Source: Patescibacteria group bacterium (lineage in GTDB: Bacteria > Patescibacteriota > Patescibacteriia > UBA10025 > JAHIVO01). Taken from it: a DNA stretch of 64,000 nt. Each line of letters starts with the position of its first letter. Position 1 is the stretch's first letter. The notes under the pieces are model-generated. The model had not been told where the DNA came from. It was given only the letters and a program-made list of their open reading frames with translations, and searched no databases. A program made the translations under genes and the position numbers. The stretch is taken from positions 31,749 through 95,748 of the forward strand of contig JBAYGJ010000001.1 of the NCBI GenBank assembly GCA_041666685.1, read 5' to 3'. Positions 27,822 to 37,543 of the stretch are shown piece by piece.

Positions 27822-29339
27822 ATGCCAGATCTCCGCCCAATCGTAAACTCAAACATCGAACGACGTCCGGCTGACGCCCCGGTTAAGGTCGACCCGCATG
27901 TCTACAGCAGCGTAAAACCGATTGCTCAGAGCACCCATCTCCTGTGGTGGACGCTTGTTTTGGCTGCCGTAATCGTCCTGATCGGGTTGGCCTTTGGCGT
28001 TAAATTCATTTCAGCCATCAACAGCACAAACAGCACCTCCGGAAAAAAAATCAGCTTTTTCCAGCAACTGTCGCATTTGGTATCAAATCCGGAAGAACAG
28101 TTGAAGGGTGCCAGTGATGACCGGATAAACATCATCCTGGCCGGCATCGGCGGAGCCGGACACGAAGGGGCATATCTCACCGATACGTTGATTTTAGTCA
28201 GCATCAAACCTTCCACAAATGAAATTGCCACCATCTCCATCCCACGCGACCTGGTGGTGGAATTCCCGAAATACGGCTGGCGCAAAATCAACAACGCGCT
28301 GGCGTTCGGTACGGAGATGGATTATCCTGGCGGCGGCGAAGCACTTCTGACGAAAGTCGTCGGGGACGTGACCGGCCTGACCATTAATTACTATGCCAGG
28401 ATAGATTTCGAAGGTTTCCGTAAAGCAATTGATGACCTGGGCGGCATTGACGTCTACATCGATAATACATTCACCGATTCCAATTATCCTGATTATTCCC
28501 ACGGATACCAGACAGTAAAATTCACCAAAGGCTGGGAACACATGAACGGGGAACGAGCCCTGCAATTCGCCCGGTCCAGGCACGGCTGCTGCGGCGAAGG
28601 GTCGGATTTCGCCCGGTCCAAACGCCAGCAAAAAATCCTACTTGCGATGAAAAATAAATTTTTTTCGATAAACTCCGTAGCCAATCCATCCTCGATTATC
28701 TCGGTCCTGACTGACATCGGCACCCACAACCAGACGAATATAGAGGTCTGGGAAATGGTACAGTTCGCGAAAATCGCGAAAGACATCAATAAGGACAATA
28801 TCATCAATATGGTACTGGACAACAGCACACACGGACTCCTCGAGTCTGCCACAGGATCGGACGGAGCCTACATCCTGCAGCCAAAAGACGGCGACTATTC
28901 AGCCATCCAATCCATGGCAGCTAACATCTTTTCCACCGGTCAGATCATACACGAACAGGCCAATATCGAAATCCAAAACGGCACTACCCAGACCGGACTG
29001 GCCAGTAAAACAGCCGATCGATTGACCGCGCTGAACTATAAAATCGCCAGAACAGCCAACGCCGCGTCCAATGAGCCGGTCACCCAGACGACCATCTATG
29101 ACCTGTCAGGCGGCACCAAGCCGTATACGCTGGCCGGACTGAAAAATACCCTCGATGCGCGGTTATCAGCCACACCACCAGCCAATTACCTCAATGCGAA
29201 CACGACGGCCTACTCAAATGCTAACAGCAATACAAACACCGCACAAGCAATCGACATTTTGATAATTGTCGGAACTGACCAGTCGGCCACCACGGCCCCA
29301 GCTGGCCAGACTTCAGCCGCCCGCCGTACTTCCTCGTAA
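27822..29339 (+). CDS. LytR-CpsA-Psr (LCP) family cell-envelope phosphotransferase
   Basis: N-terminal TM helix. The LCP core is INIILAGIGGAGHEGAYLTDTLILVSI...ISIPRDLVV...INNALAFG, followed by a C-terminal LytR_C-like domain. Confidence 0.8.
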   Translation: MPDLRPIVNSNIERRPADAPVKVDPHVYSSVKPIAQSTHLLWWTLVLAAVIVLIGLAFGVKFISAINSTNSTSGKKISFFQQLSHLVSNPEEQLKGASDDRINIILAGIGGAGHEGAYLTDTLILVSIKPSTNEIATISIPRDLVVEFPKYGWRKINNALAFGTEMDYPGGGEALLTKVVGDVTGLTINYYARIDFEGFRKAIDDLGGIDVYIDNTFTDSNYPDYSHGYQTVKFTKGWEHMNGERALQFARSRHGCCGEGSDFARSKRQQKILLAMKNKFFSINSVANPSSIISVLTDIGTHNQTNIEVWEMVQFAKIAKDINKDNIINMVLDNSTHGLLESATGSDGAYILQPKDGDYSAIQSMAANIFSTGQIIHEQANIEIQNGTTQTGLASKTADRLTALNYKIARTANAASNEPVTQTTIYDLSGGTKPYTLAGLKNTLDARLSATPPANYLNANTTAYSNANSNTNTAQAIDILIIVGTDQSATTAPAGQTSAARRTSS

Positions 29340-30664
29340 TGCATATGAAAAATTCTTTGCCCCGCGTAGTCCTGGCAGGACGAACCAATGCCGGAAAATC
29401 TACATTGTTCAACACGCTGTCCGGAGTTACGCAATCTATCGTGTCACCGATCCCCGGCACGACCCGGGACCTGAACGTCTCGACCATTACCTGGCGTGAC
29501 TGCAGTTTTGAGCTGATTGATTCTGGCGGCCTCGATGCCGCCGCAATCGGTCTGATCGAACAAAAAGTCCAGGCCAAGGCCCAGGATGCCCTCCTGCAGG
29601 CAGATGTCATTGTTTTTGTCATCGACAGCCAGCAGGAACTGACGGCTCTCGACTTTACGATCGCCAAAAATCTTAAAAAAATGAATACGCCGATCATCCT
29701 GGCTGCCAATAAAGCAGACAATACCCGACAAAAACAGCGGCTAGCGCCAGAACTGTACAAACTGGGGTTGGGCGACCTACATGCGCTGTCCGGGCTGAAC
29801 GGTACCGGGACCGGGGACCTCCTCGATGTCGTCGTGGACCGGCTGCAAAAAAAAGATTACCAGCCAGTACGCAGCGACGTGCGCGTTTCCATTATTGGCA
29901 AGACAAATGTCGGGAAATCTTCCCTCATCAACGCGCTGATCGGCCAGGACTGGGCTATCACCAGTCATCTCCCGCACACGACGCGTGAACCGCGCGACTC
30001 AAACATACAGTTTGACGGGAAAAACATTACTCTGGTCGACACGGCTGGCCTGCGAAAACACGACGCGAAAGCCGGACGGATCGAAAAAATAAGTGCCGGC
30101 AAAACTATCCACGCTATCCGTCGGTCGGACATCTCCCTATTTATTACCGATGCCACTGTCCCGCTGTCCAGCCAGGACCTGGCTATCGCCCACCTCGCGC
30201 TGGAATCCCGAAATGGTATAATTATTGTGGTAAACAAGTGGGACGCCATACCGGATAAACACCCCCAAACAATCGACCTTTTCATCAACCGGTATCAGCA
30301 TTATATGCCCTGGCTGTCATGGGCCCCGATCATATTCATTTCTGCGGAACAAAAACAGCGCATGCACGAACTGTTAAAACTAATTATGTCAGTTCAGGAA
30401 GCCCGCCAGCGGCGCCTGGGCCCTGAGGAACTCAAAAAAATACTTTCACACATCTCTCTGCCCCGTGGCCGGGTCTCCAAGCACCCGCCGACAAAACTGA
30501 CCGGCTTAGTCCAAACCGATACCAGTCCGCCCACCTTCCTGCTCTCCACCAACCGGCGCAATCCGATCAATGCGGCAATCATCAACCTGGTGGAAAAACA
30601 ATTGCGCGCCCAATATGATTTCAACGGGACGCCCATCAACATTAACGTCCGAAAACGCAACTAA
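29339..30664 (+). CDS. der: Ribosome-biogenesis GTPase Der (EngA), tandem GTPase domains plus KH-like C-terminus
   Basis: Two G domains (GRTNAGKSTLFN and GKTNVGKSSLINAL, with DTAG motifs) and the C-terminal KH-like region. Confidence 0.9.
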   Translation: MHMKNSLPRVVLAGRTNAGKSTLFNTLSGVTQSIVSPIPGTTRDLNVSTITWRDCSFELIDSGGLDAAAIGLIEQKVQAKAQDALLQADVIVFVIDSQQELTALDFTIAKNLKKMNTPIILAANKADNTRQKQRLAPELYKLGLGDLHALSGLNGTGTGDLLDVVVDRLQKKDYQPVRSDVRVSIIGKTNVGKSSLINALIGQDWAITSHLPHTTREPRDSNIQFDGKNITLVDTAGLRKHDAKAGRIEKISAGKTIHAIRRSDISLFITDATVPLSSQDLAIAHLALESRNGIIIVVNKWDAIPDKHPQTIDLFINRYQHYMPWLSWAPIIFISAEQKQRMHELLKLIMSVQEARQRRLGPEELKKILSHISLPRGRVSKHPPTKLTGLVQTDTSPPTFLLSTNRRNPINAAIINLVEKQLRAQYDFNGTPININVRKRN

Positions 30665-30665
30665 T

Positions 30666-31205
30666 ATGATCCTCATCGTCGGACTGGGAAATCCAGAACC
30701 TGAATATGCCGATACGCGGCATAACTTCGCCGTTACCGCCCTAAAACCACTTGCTGAATCTTTTGAGAATAAGTTCGATTCATTATTTACAAAATTAACT
30801 AGCAACGTTTTTCTTAGCTTACCTCAGACGTTCATGAATGAGTCAGGCAAGTCGATATCTCAAATAATAAAATTTTACAAAATACCTGCAGAAAATATTT
30901 GGGTTGTCCATGACGACGTTGATTTACCACTTGGGAAAATCCGGAACAGCTTCAATTCATCAGCGGCAGGCCATCGGGGCGTACAGTCAATCATCGACCA
31001 TCTTGGAACACAAAACTTTTGGCGTATTAGGCTCGGTATCGGGCGGCCCCCCGAACACATACCTACCGAAACATACGTTTTACAAAAATTTTCACTAGAT
31101 GATACTCTCACTGTTACCAGAACCCTCGGATATATCAAAATTCTGATTGAAAAATCCATCAATGACGGACTTAGTGAGGGCACATATACTACTAACCCAG
31201 TATAA
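30666..31205 (+). CDS. pth: Peptidyl-tRNA hydrolase
   Basis: MILIVGLGNPEPEYADTRHNFA with catalytic His. The ATG is 1 nt after the der stop. The ORF track's N-terminal extension from 30570 overlaps der and is unlikely to be real. Confidence 0.88.
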   Translation: MILIVGLGNPEPEYADTRHNFAVTALKPLAESFENKFDSLFTKLTSNVFLSLPQTFMNESGKSISQIIKFYKIPAENIWVVHDDVDLPLGKIRNSFNSSAAGHRGVQSIIDHLGTQNFWRIRLGIGRPPEHIPTETYVLQKFSLDDTLTVTRTLGYIKILIEKSINDGLSEGTYTTNPV

Positions 31206-31207
31206 CC

Positions 31208-32281
31208 ATGGATACACAGGAAAAACTAGCCATCGATAAAATATTACGGCTGGTCGCCGAGCAAAAAGCTTCCGACCTGCATCTGATGATCGGCAGCCAT
31301 CCGGTGATCCGCCTGAACAATAAGCTGGTCATGCTGGAGGAAGAAAAAATCATCACCAGAGAATTTATGAACGGCTTCATCCAGAGCGTCCTGGATTCCG
31401 AACAGCTGGCCGTGTTGGAAAAAAATAAGGAAGTCGTATTAGCCTACCAGTTCCAGAAACAGACCCGATTCCGCATCAACGTCTTCTACCAGAAGGGGCA
31501 ATTAGCCGCTTATTTACGGTTGATCGGCAACACCATCCTGCCGCTGAGGAGCCTGGGGCTGCCTCCCATTTTAGAGTCGATGACTGAACTGAAAAAAGGA
31601 CTCCTCATCTTCAGCGGATCATTCGGCTCCGGCAAAACAACGACGTCCGCTTCCCTGCTCGACCACATCAACCGGACACGTTCGGCCTACATCCTGACCG
31701 TGGAAAAACCGATCGAATACCTGTTCAACAACCAGAAAAGCATCATCGAACAGCGGGAAGTCGGCCGGGATACGATCAGCTTTGAGCAGGCCCTGGCATA
31801 TGTCACACAGGAAGACGTAGAGATCGTTTTCCTGTCAGAATTATCGACACCGGCGGTCATCCGCCAGGTCATGAACATCGCCACTTCCGGCCGTCTAGTG
31901 ATCACAAACCTGGAAGCCGATACTATCATCAAAACCTTAGAGCTTATCATCACAAGCTTCCCCAAAGACGAGCAACAACAGATCCGTGAACATTTGGCGG
32001 CCAATCTGGCCGGTATTGTTTGTCAGCGGCTCGTGCCCCGAATCGGCGGCGGACAGGTCGCAGTGGCAGAAATCATGACTTCCACCCCGCCCATCCAGGC
32101 GCTGATCAAGGAAGGTTCCCTATTCCAAATCAACAACATCATTCTGACTTCACGTGCCGAGGGCATGGTATCTCTGGATTGGTCATTATCCGAACTTGTC
32201 AAGACAAACGAGGTACTGCTCGAAGATGCCCTGCAGCATGCCAGCGACCCCCAGCAGTTGCGTTACATGCTTCGTGTATAA
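31208..32281 (+). CDS. pilT: PilT-like type IV pilus retraction ATPase (divergent; His-box histidine absent)
   Basis: N-terminus ASDLHLMIGSHPVIRLNNKLV. Walker A FSGSFGSGKTTT. Asp-box region VEIVFLSEL. The His-box region reads SGRLVITNLEAD rather than the canonical ...TLHT. Confidence 0.7.
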   Translation: MDTQEKLAIDKILRLVAEQKASDLHLMIGSHPVIRLNNKLVMLEEEKIITREFMNGFIQSVLDSEQLAVLEKNKEVVLAYQFQKQTRFRINVFYQKGQLAAYLRLIGNTILPLRSLGLPPILESMTELKKGLLIFSGSFGSGKTTTSASLLDHINRTRSAYILTVEKPIEYLFNNQKSIIEQREVGRDTISFEQALAYVTQEDVEIVFLSELSTPAVIRQVMNIATSGRLVITNLEADTIIKTLELIITSFPKDEQQQIREHLAANLAGIVCQRLVPRIGGGQVAVAEIMTSTPPIQALIKEGSLFQINNIILTSRAEGMVSLDWSLSELVKTNEVLLEDALQHASDPQQLRYMLRV

Positions 32282-32288
32282 AAAACAT

Positions 32289-33350
32289 ATGGCATTATTC
32301 AACAAAAAAAACGTAGGGCTGATCGGTGTCGATTTCGGCTCGGGCGCCATCAAAATAGTTGAGCTCATCAATACCAGCGGAACGATCGAGCTGGTGACAT
32401 ACGGCCTTGGCATCAAGGACCGGGTGACGGTAAAAACCGATGCGGTACGCAACCAGCAGGCCACCGTCGGACAGCTGACACATATCCTGAAAGAATCGCG
32501 CGTCAACACCACTCGCGTCGTAGCGGCCTTGCCCGCAGTCAATGTTTTTACCACGGTCATCACCATGCCGCCGATGCCGAAAAAAGAAATCGAAGCCGCC
32601 ATACGTTGGGAGGCAAAGAAGATGGTTCCCCTGCCCCTGGACAAGATGTCCATAGACTGGCATCCTGTCCCAGTTGACCCCAACGACCCGAAAGAAAAAG
32701 ACAAATTCAAAATAATTATGACTACTGCTCCTTCGGACGTCATCCAGGGTTACGTATCAATGATGAGAAGCGCCGGGCTACAGCTGGTAGGCTTGGAAAC
32801 GGAAGCGACAGCGCTACGTCGGTCATTGCTCCCCTCAGCCCATGGATGCCAATTGCTCCTCGACATGGGCGCATCAACATCCAATGTCATAATTTTTGAC
32901 CACGGACTGCCTGTGGTTACCCGCAATATCGACGTAGGCGGCGAAGCTATCAACCGCAACATCGCCAATGCCATGAACATCTCACTGGATCGGGCTGCAC
33001 AATTCCGCGATGATATCGGTCTGCCCGCCAACGGACTCCCGTCCCATCCGGTCCACCAGGCTATTAGTTTCGTCATCGATAACCTTATCATCCAGGAACT
33101 CACCCGGGTATTGAACACGTACCAGATGGGCGGCGGCCGTCCGATTGACCGTATCACCATCGCCGGCGGCTGCAGCCACATAAAAAACCTGGCTACCTAC
33201 CTGACAACTCGGACTAAACATACAGCCGTCATCGGCAATCCGTGGCAGGAAATCAGCTACCATCCTGAATTGCAACCGGACCTGGACAAGCTGGCACCGC
33301 AAATGGCTGTGGCGATCGGATTGGCGCTGAAAATCAAAACCACCCCCTAA
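32289..33350 (+). CDS. pilM: Type IV pilus assembly protein PilM (actin-like ATPase fold)
   Basis: Start MALFNKKNVGLIGVDFGSGAIKIVEL. The ORF track's extension from 32154 overlaps pilT. The fold is actin-like. The gene follows pilT. Confidence 0.8.
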   Translation: MALFNKKNVGLIGVDFGSGAIKIVELINTSGTIELVTYGLGIKDRVTVKTDAVRNQQATVGQLTHILKESRVNTTRVVAALPAVNVFTTVITMPPMPKKEIEAAIRWEAKKMVPLPLDKMSIDWHPVPVDPNDPKEKDKFKIIMTTAPSDVIQGYVSMMRSAGLQLVGLETEATALRRSLLPSAHGCQLLLDMGASTSNVIIFDHGLPVVTRNIDVGGEAINRNIANAMNISLDRAAQFRDDIGLPANGLPSHPVHQAISFVIDNLIIQELTRVLNTYQMGGGRPIDRITIAGGCSHIKNLATYLTTRTKHTAVIGNPWQEISYHPELQPDLDKLAPQMAVAIGLALKIKTTP

Positions 33351-33352
33351 TC

Positions 33353-33381
33353 TTGACGGCCGCTGGCAGGGCACGTATACT
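33353..33381 (+). promoter_or_regulatory. Sigma-70-like promoter (TTGACG - 17 nt - TATACT) for the small ORF at 33412
   Basis: TTGACG at 33353-58, a 17-nt spacer, TATACT at 33376-81. The GGAGG RBS and ATG lie about 30 nt downstream. Confidence 0.5.
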
Positions 33382-33411
33382 AGTAACCCGAAACTAGGTT
33401 CTTTTTTACAT

Positions 33412-33615
33412 ATGGAGGTCCTCATGCCCGACAAAACACCAAACAAGGTGTCCGTTTCCCCATTATCCGGAGGGAACGGCTGGTGCATCAAGATAAACGG
33501 TACGCCATTCAAGTCTTTGGTTACAGTACACGAACCGGTCATAACGAAATCTGACCACCAGGGCGTTACCTATGAACACGAAGGCCAAGAATATACCATC
33601 AGTTGGCCAGACTAA
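33412..33615 (+). CDS. Small hypothetical protein (63-67 aa) with its own promoter, RBS and terminator
   Basis: GGAGG lies 5 nt before the second ATG (MPDKTPNKVSVSPLSGGNGWCIKINGTPFKSLVTVHEPVITKSDHQGVTYEHEGQEYTISWPD). A terminator follows. Confidence 0.5.
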   Translation: MEVLMPDKTPNKVSVSPLSGGNGWCIKINGTPFKSLVTVHEPVITKSDHQGVTYEHEGQEYTISWPD

Positions 33616-33640
33616 CCGACGGTATTCAGTCCACAACATA

Positions 33641-33669
33641 ACCGGGTCAGCCGATCCGGTTTTTTTATT
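33641..33669 (+). terminator. Rho-independent terminator after the small ORF
   Basis: ACCGG-gtcagccgat-CCGGT followed by TTTTTTATT. Confidence 0.55.
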
Positions 33670-33879
33670 GAAATCAAATTATACACTCAAGATATAGAGA
33701 AGTGAATTTTAAAACGGTTTCCTGAAATTAAAAAAACCACTTTACTGCCGCCAAGCGCAAGGTTTCACAGAAGAATCTGCAACACCTTAACTTTAGGTTA
33801 CTAACGAGACGTAGGAGGGGTTGTCTCATGGTCACCGCTTGGGTCGGCAGAAAAGTGGGTTTTTCCTGCAGTTTTCCAC

Positions 33880-33908
33880 TTGCCAAAAATGTAAAAATGC
33901 GTTAATAT
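33880..33908 (+). promoter_or_regulatory. Sigma-70-like promoter (TTGCCA - 17 nt - TAATAT) upstream of mfd
   Basis: TTGCCA at 33880-85, a 17-nt spacer, TAATAT at 33903-08. It is about 100 nt upstream of the mfd GTG start. Confidence 0.45.
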
Positions 33909-34010
33909 AGAATAGTAGCAGACCAGCCCACTCCTGTCAAGACCATAAATGGCGAGCCAGGAAGCGGACTTTGACGTTCACTACCCTTTCAAAATATTAA
34001 ATAAATCACT

Positions 34011-37000
34011 GTGCCTGCCAACCAGTCCAGCCATACTGGCATGCCCGACTTTATCAAAGAGTCAACAGAACAGCTGCAAACCAAGAAAACCGTCAGCCTA
34101 GCCGGGCTCCCGCATCTCGCGGCTCAAACGTACTACGTCACCATCCATCCCTTCATTTCTGAAAGGGTCATCTTTTGGTTGGCGACAACCAACGAATCCG
34201 CTTCGGTCGAGAGGTTGATTTCCTATTGGCATAAAATTTTCAAAATCAACATCCCTGTGTGGCGGTTGGAAGACATCAATCCGCTCCGGGCTCAACATCT
34301 GGCCGATCTGAAACCCCAGGTTGTCGTAGCCAGCTACCGCCAGTTGAACGAGAAACTGCCGGCGCTCAATTCCAATGGCCAACATATAATGACGCTGTCC
34401 GTCGGTGACAACCTCACACCGTCCTCCCTGTCCCAAAAACTTATAGATTTCAATTATGAATTCACCGGCCAGGCCAGCCAAAGCGGATATTTCGCCCGGC
34501 GGGGTGGGGTCGTCGATATCTATCCGATCAATTTTGACCGGCCAGTCAGGCTGGAATTTTCCGACCGCCAGGTCATCAGCCTGCACGCCTTCAATCCTAT
34601 CAACAAACGCGCCGGGGAAGCCATGAAGTCATGCCAGATCGTAGCAGTCAAATTCCGCCCGAATACAGGACGCACGACTTTTTCGACCTATCTGGAAACG
34701 ATCCAGAATCCCTTAATAATCTACCGCGACCAAGAAGAGGCGTCCGGGGAGCTGCCCGCTTGGCGGTCAGTAGAGGAAAAAATGGAGTCATACCAGCGCC
34801 TGGTGTTTAATGATTTCCATAAAAATTCTATTAATATACATTTTGAGCATGCCCCGCTGTACCGGCAAAATTTTGGAAAATTGGTATCGGACTTCCACGA
34901 CATGGCAAAAGCTGAATGGCAGATTGCCGTCGCCTCAAATCGGCCTAAGGAACTGCAGCAGATGCTTAAAGAAAAAAAGGCAGGAGACGTGCCCGTGACC
35001 TGGTGGCCATTTATCCACGAATTGGAAGGTTTTCAAAACAGCCGAGCCAAACTACTATTGCTCACAGACAAGGAAATATTCGGGGAGCAGAGCCTGAAGC
35101 ACGAGTCTCCACGACACCGGGTTGACCAGGCACTGATCATGGGTATGCGGCCCGGCGATTACATCGTCCACCTGGACCATGGGATCGGCCGGTTTGTCAG
35201 CATGACAAAAAATATCGTAGAAAACATTACCCGTGAATACTTCGTCCTGCAATATGCCGAGGGGGACAAACTCTATGTACCGGTCGAAACTGCCGACAAA
35301 ATCTCCAAATACATCGGCATCGCCCACCCTAAACTGCACCGGCTCTCTGGCGGACAGTGGTACCAGCTTACCCGCAAGGTAAAGCAGGAAGCAAAAATAC
35401 TGGCCCAGGAGCTCCTCAAAATCTATGCCAAACGCGAACTGATCAAGGTAAAACCGTTCACAAAACCGACGCCAGAAGAAACGGAGTTGTCCGCGTCATT
35501 CCCCTATAAAGAAACTGCCGACCAGTCAAAAGCCATCAATGACGTGGAATCAGATATGTGCCGCGAAACGCCGATGGATCGGCTTATCTGCGGAGATGTC
35601 GGGTTTGGCAAGACCGAAGTGGCCGTCCGGGCTGCATTCAAGGCGGCCATGAACAAAAAACAGGTTGCCCTGCTGTCACCCACCACCATCCTGACCCAGC
35701 AACACTACGATACGTTCAGTGAGCGGCTGAAAAAATTCCCGATAAAAATGGGCATCCTCTCCCGTTTCGAATCTGCCAAGGAGCAGCAGCAGACGATTGC
35801 CGGCATGAAAAGCGGCGATATCAACATTGTCGTCGGCACGCATCGGCTGTTGTCCAGCGATGTCAGCTTCAAGAACCTGGGCCTGATCGTCATTGATGAG
35901 GAACAGCGGTTCGGCGTGAAGGCAAAAGAAAAATTAAAAGCGCTGCGCACGCAGTCCCACATCCTGACGCTGACAGCCACCCCGATTCCCCGCACATTGA
36001 ACATCGCCCTGTCCGGGGTACGGGACGTCAGTATTATCGAAACCCCGCCCGAAGGCAGGCTCCCCATCAATACCCTTATTGAACCCTATACAACCGAACT
36101 GGTCCAAAAATCCATCACTGAAGAGCTCAAGCGTGGCGGCCAGGTATATTACCTGCACAACAAGGTTGAGACTATAGCTTTCGCCGCAAAAGAGATCGCC
36201 CAGATGGTCCCGGACTGCCGTATCGGCATCGCCCACGGCCGACTGCCAGAAAAAGACCTAGCCAAAGCCATGGCAGACTTCGATACCGCAAAAACAAACA
36301 TACTGGTCTGTTCCACAATTATTGAAAATGGCCTCGACCTGCCAAACGTAAACACCCTGATTGTCGATAATGCTACGAATTTCGGATTAGCGCAACTGTA
36401 CCAATTGCGCGGGCGGATCGGCCGCGGCAGCCGGCAGGCCCATGCATATTTCCTCTACCACCGGAAGAAACTGAAAGGCAACGCGAAAAAAAGGCTACAA
36501 GCCCTGATGGAGGCAAAAAAACTGGGCAGCGGGTTCCAACTCGCACTGCGCGACCTGGAAATCCGGGGCGCCGGAAACATTCTGGGCAAGGAACAGCACG
36601 GTAAAGTTTCAGCTATCGGCCTGTCACTCTATACCCGTTTATTAGCTCAGGCTATCGAGGAATTAAAATTCGGTAAAATCCAAGAGCCGGTACGCGACAT
36701 CCTGATCGACCTGCCGATGGAAGCGTATATCCCCCAGGAATTCCTGCCGGAGGAGGAACGCCTGATCCTCTACCAGCAACTGGCCGGCATTATGAATATG
36801 GATGACCTCCACGAAATGCGGGAAAAAATGATCCGTTCGCAGTCCCGGGAAGAGCAGAAACATTTTCCGAAACAGTTAATCAACCTTTTTGAAATCCTGG
36901 AAATACGGATCTTGGCGCAGAAAACCGACATGTCGCACATCGATACGACCTGGTCGACAGACCAGCATGGCCATAAAATACAGAAGCTGATTATAAAATT

Positions 37001-37175
37001 CCTTTTCCCGCTCAAGCCCGAGCCGCTGGCTAGATTACTCCAAAAGAACCCGAATTGGCAATTTACCGACGATTCAGTAAAAATCGATTTGGACAAATTG
37101 GGGTCCAGCTGGCTCGACGAGCTGAAAAAAACCATCCGGAACTTCCAGCATCAGACCGCCGCAATAAAAAAATAA
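34011..37175 (+). CDS. mfd: Transcription-repair coupling factor Mfd
   Basis: UvrB-homology N-terminal region, RNAP-interacting domain, and superfamily-2 helicase motifs (GDVGFGKTEVAVRAA, DEEQRFGV, QLRGRIGRG). 1054 aa. GTG start. An alternative ATG sits at 34041. Confidence 0.88.
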   Translation: MPANQSSHTGMPDFIKESTEQLQTKKTVSLAGLPHLAAQTYYVTIHPFISERVIFWLATTNESASVERLISYWHKIFKINIPVWRLEDINPLRAQHLADLKPQVVVASYRQLNEKLPALNSNGQHIMTLSVGDNLTPSSLSQKLIDFNYEFTGQASQSGYFARRGGVVDIYPINFDRPVRLEFSDRQVISLHAFNPINKRAGEAMKSCQIVAVKFRPNTGRTTFSTYLETIQNPLIIYRDQEEASGELPAWRSVEEKMESYQRLVFNDFHKNSINIHFEHAPLYRQNFGKLVSDFHDMAKAEWQIAVASNRPKELQQMLKEKKAGDVPVTWWPFIHELEGFQNSRAKLLLLTDKEIFGEQSLKHESPRHRVDQALIMGMRPGDYIVHLDHGIGRFVSMTKNIVENITREYFVLQYAEGDKLYVPVETADKISKYIGIAHPKLHRLSGGQWYQLTRKVKQEAKILAQELLKIYAKRELIKVKPFTKPTPEETELSASFPYKETADQSKAINDVESDMCRETPMDRLICGDVGFGKTEVAVRAAFKAAMNKKQVALLSPTTILTQQHYDTFSERLKKFPIKMGILSRFESAKEQQQTIAGMKSGDINIVVGTHRLLSSDVSFKNLGLIVIDEEQRFGVKAKEKLKALRTQSHILTLTATPIPRTLNIALSGVRDVSIIETPPEGRLPINTLIEPYTTELVQKSITEELKRGGQVYYLHNKVETIAFAAKEIAQMVPDCRIGIAHGRLPEKDLAKAMADFDTAKTNILVCSTIIENGLDLPNVNTLIVDNATNFGLAQLYQLRGRIGRGSRQAHAYFLYHRKKLKGNAKKRLQALMEAKKLGSGFQLALRDLEIRGAGNILGKEQHGKVSAIGLSLYTRLLAQAIEELKFGKIQEPVRDILIDLPMEAYIPQEFLPEEERLILYQQLAGIMNMDDLHEMREKMIRSQSREEQKHFPKQLINLFEILEIRILAQKTDMSHIDTTWSTDQHGHKIQKLIIKFLFPLKPEPLARLLQKNPNWQFTDDSVKIDLDKLGSSWLDELKKTIRNFQHQTAAIKK

Positions 37176-37543
37176 AGCGCCGGTTTACAGACACGGCGCT
37201 CATGCCTATTTCACCACATATTCAATAGCGATTGCTTGTCGCCATACCCCTCTCACCGGCAATGCTGCAACGGCGTACGGGCCCATCGCCAGCCCAGGAA
37301 AGTGCACAAACCGACTGCCGCGAGCGTCAGACCAACCACGAGATACAGTACCGCCAGCACGACAAATAAGAATTTCACTAAAACCATCTTACACATATCC
37401 ACCTCGCACTGAATGAAAGAGCAATTGCACGACTACTGACATATTCTATCACTAACGCCAAATAGTCAAGCCACTTGCCAATAATGCTTCTCTGGCTTAC
37501 AATGGACAAAGAAGACCTTCCTACAAATGAAAGGTCTATTTTT

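Noticed and set aside
29221-29760. 179-aa minus-strand ORF and other antisense ORFs inside der (29210..29434, 29444..29731)
   Set aside because: They are antisense to the highly conserved Der GTPase, whose two G-domains are intact on the plus strand.
32154-32288. N-terminal extension of pilM from the upstream ATG (ORF track start 32154) overlapping pilT
   Set aside because: The extension is read through the 3' end of pilT in another frame and encodes non-homologous sequence. The canonical PilM N-terminus begins at the ATG at 32289, immediately after the pilT stop.
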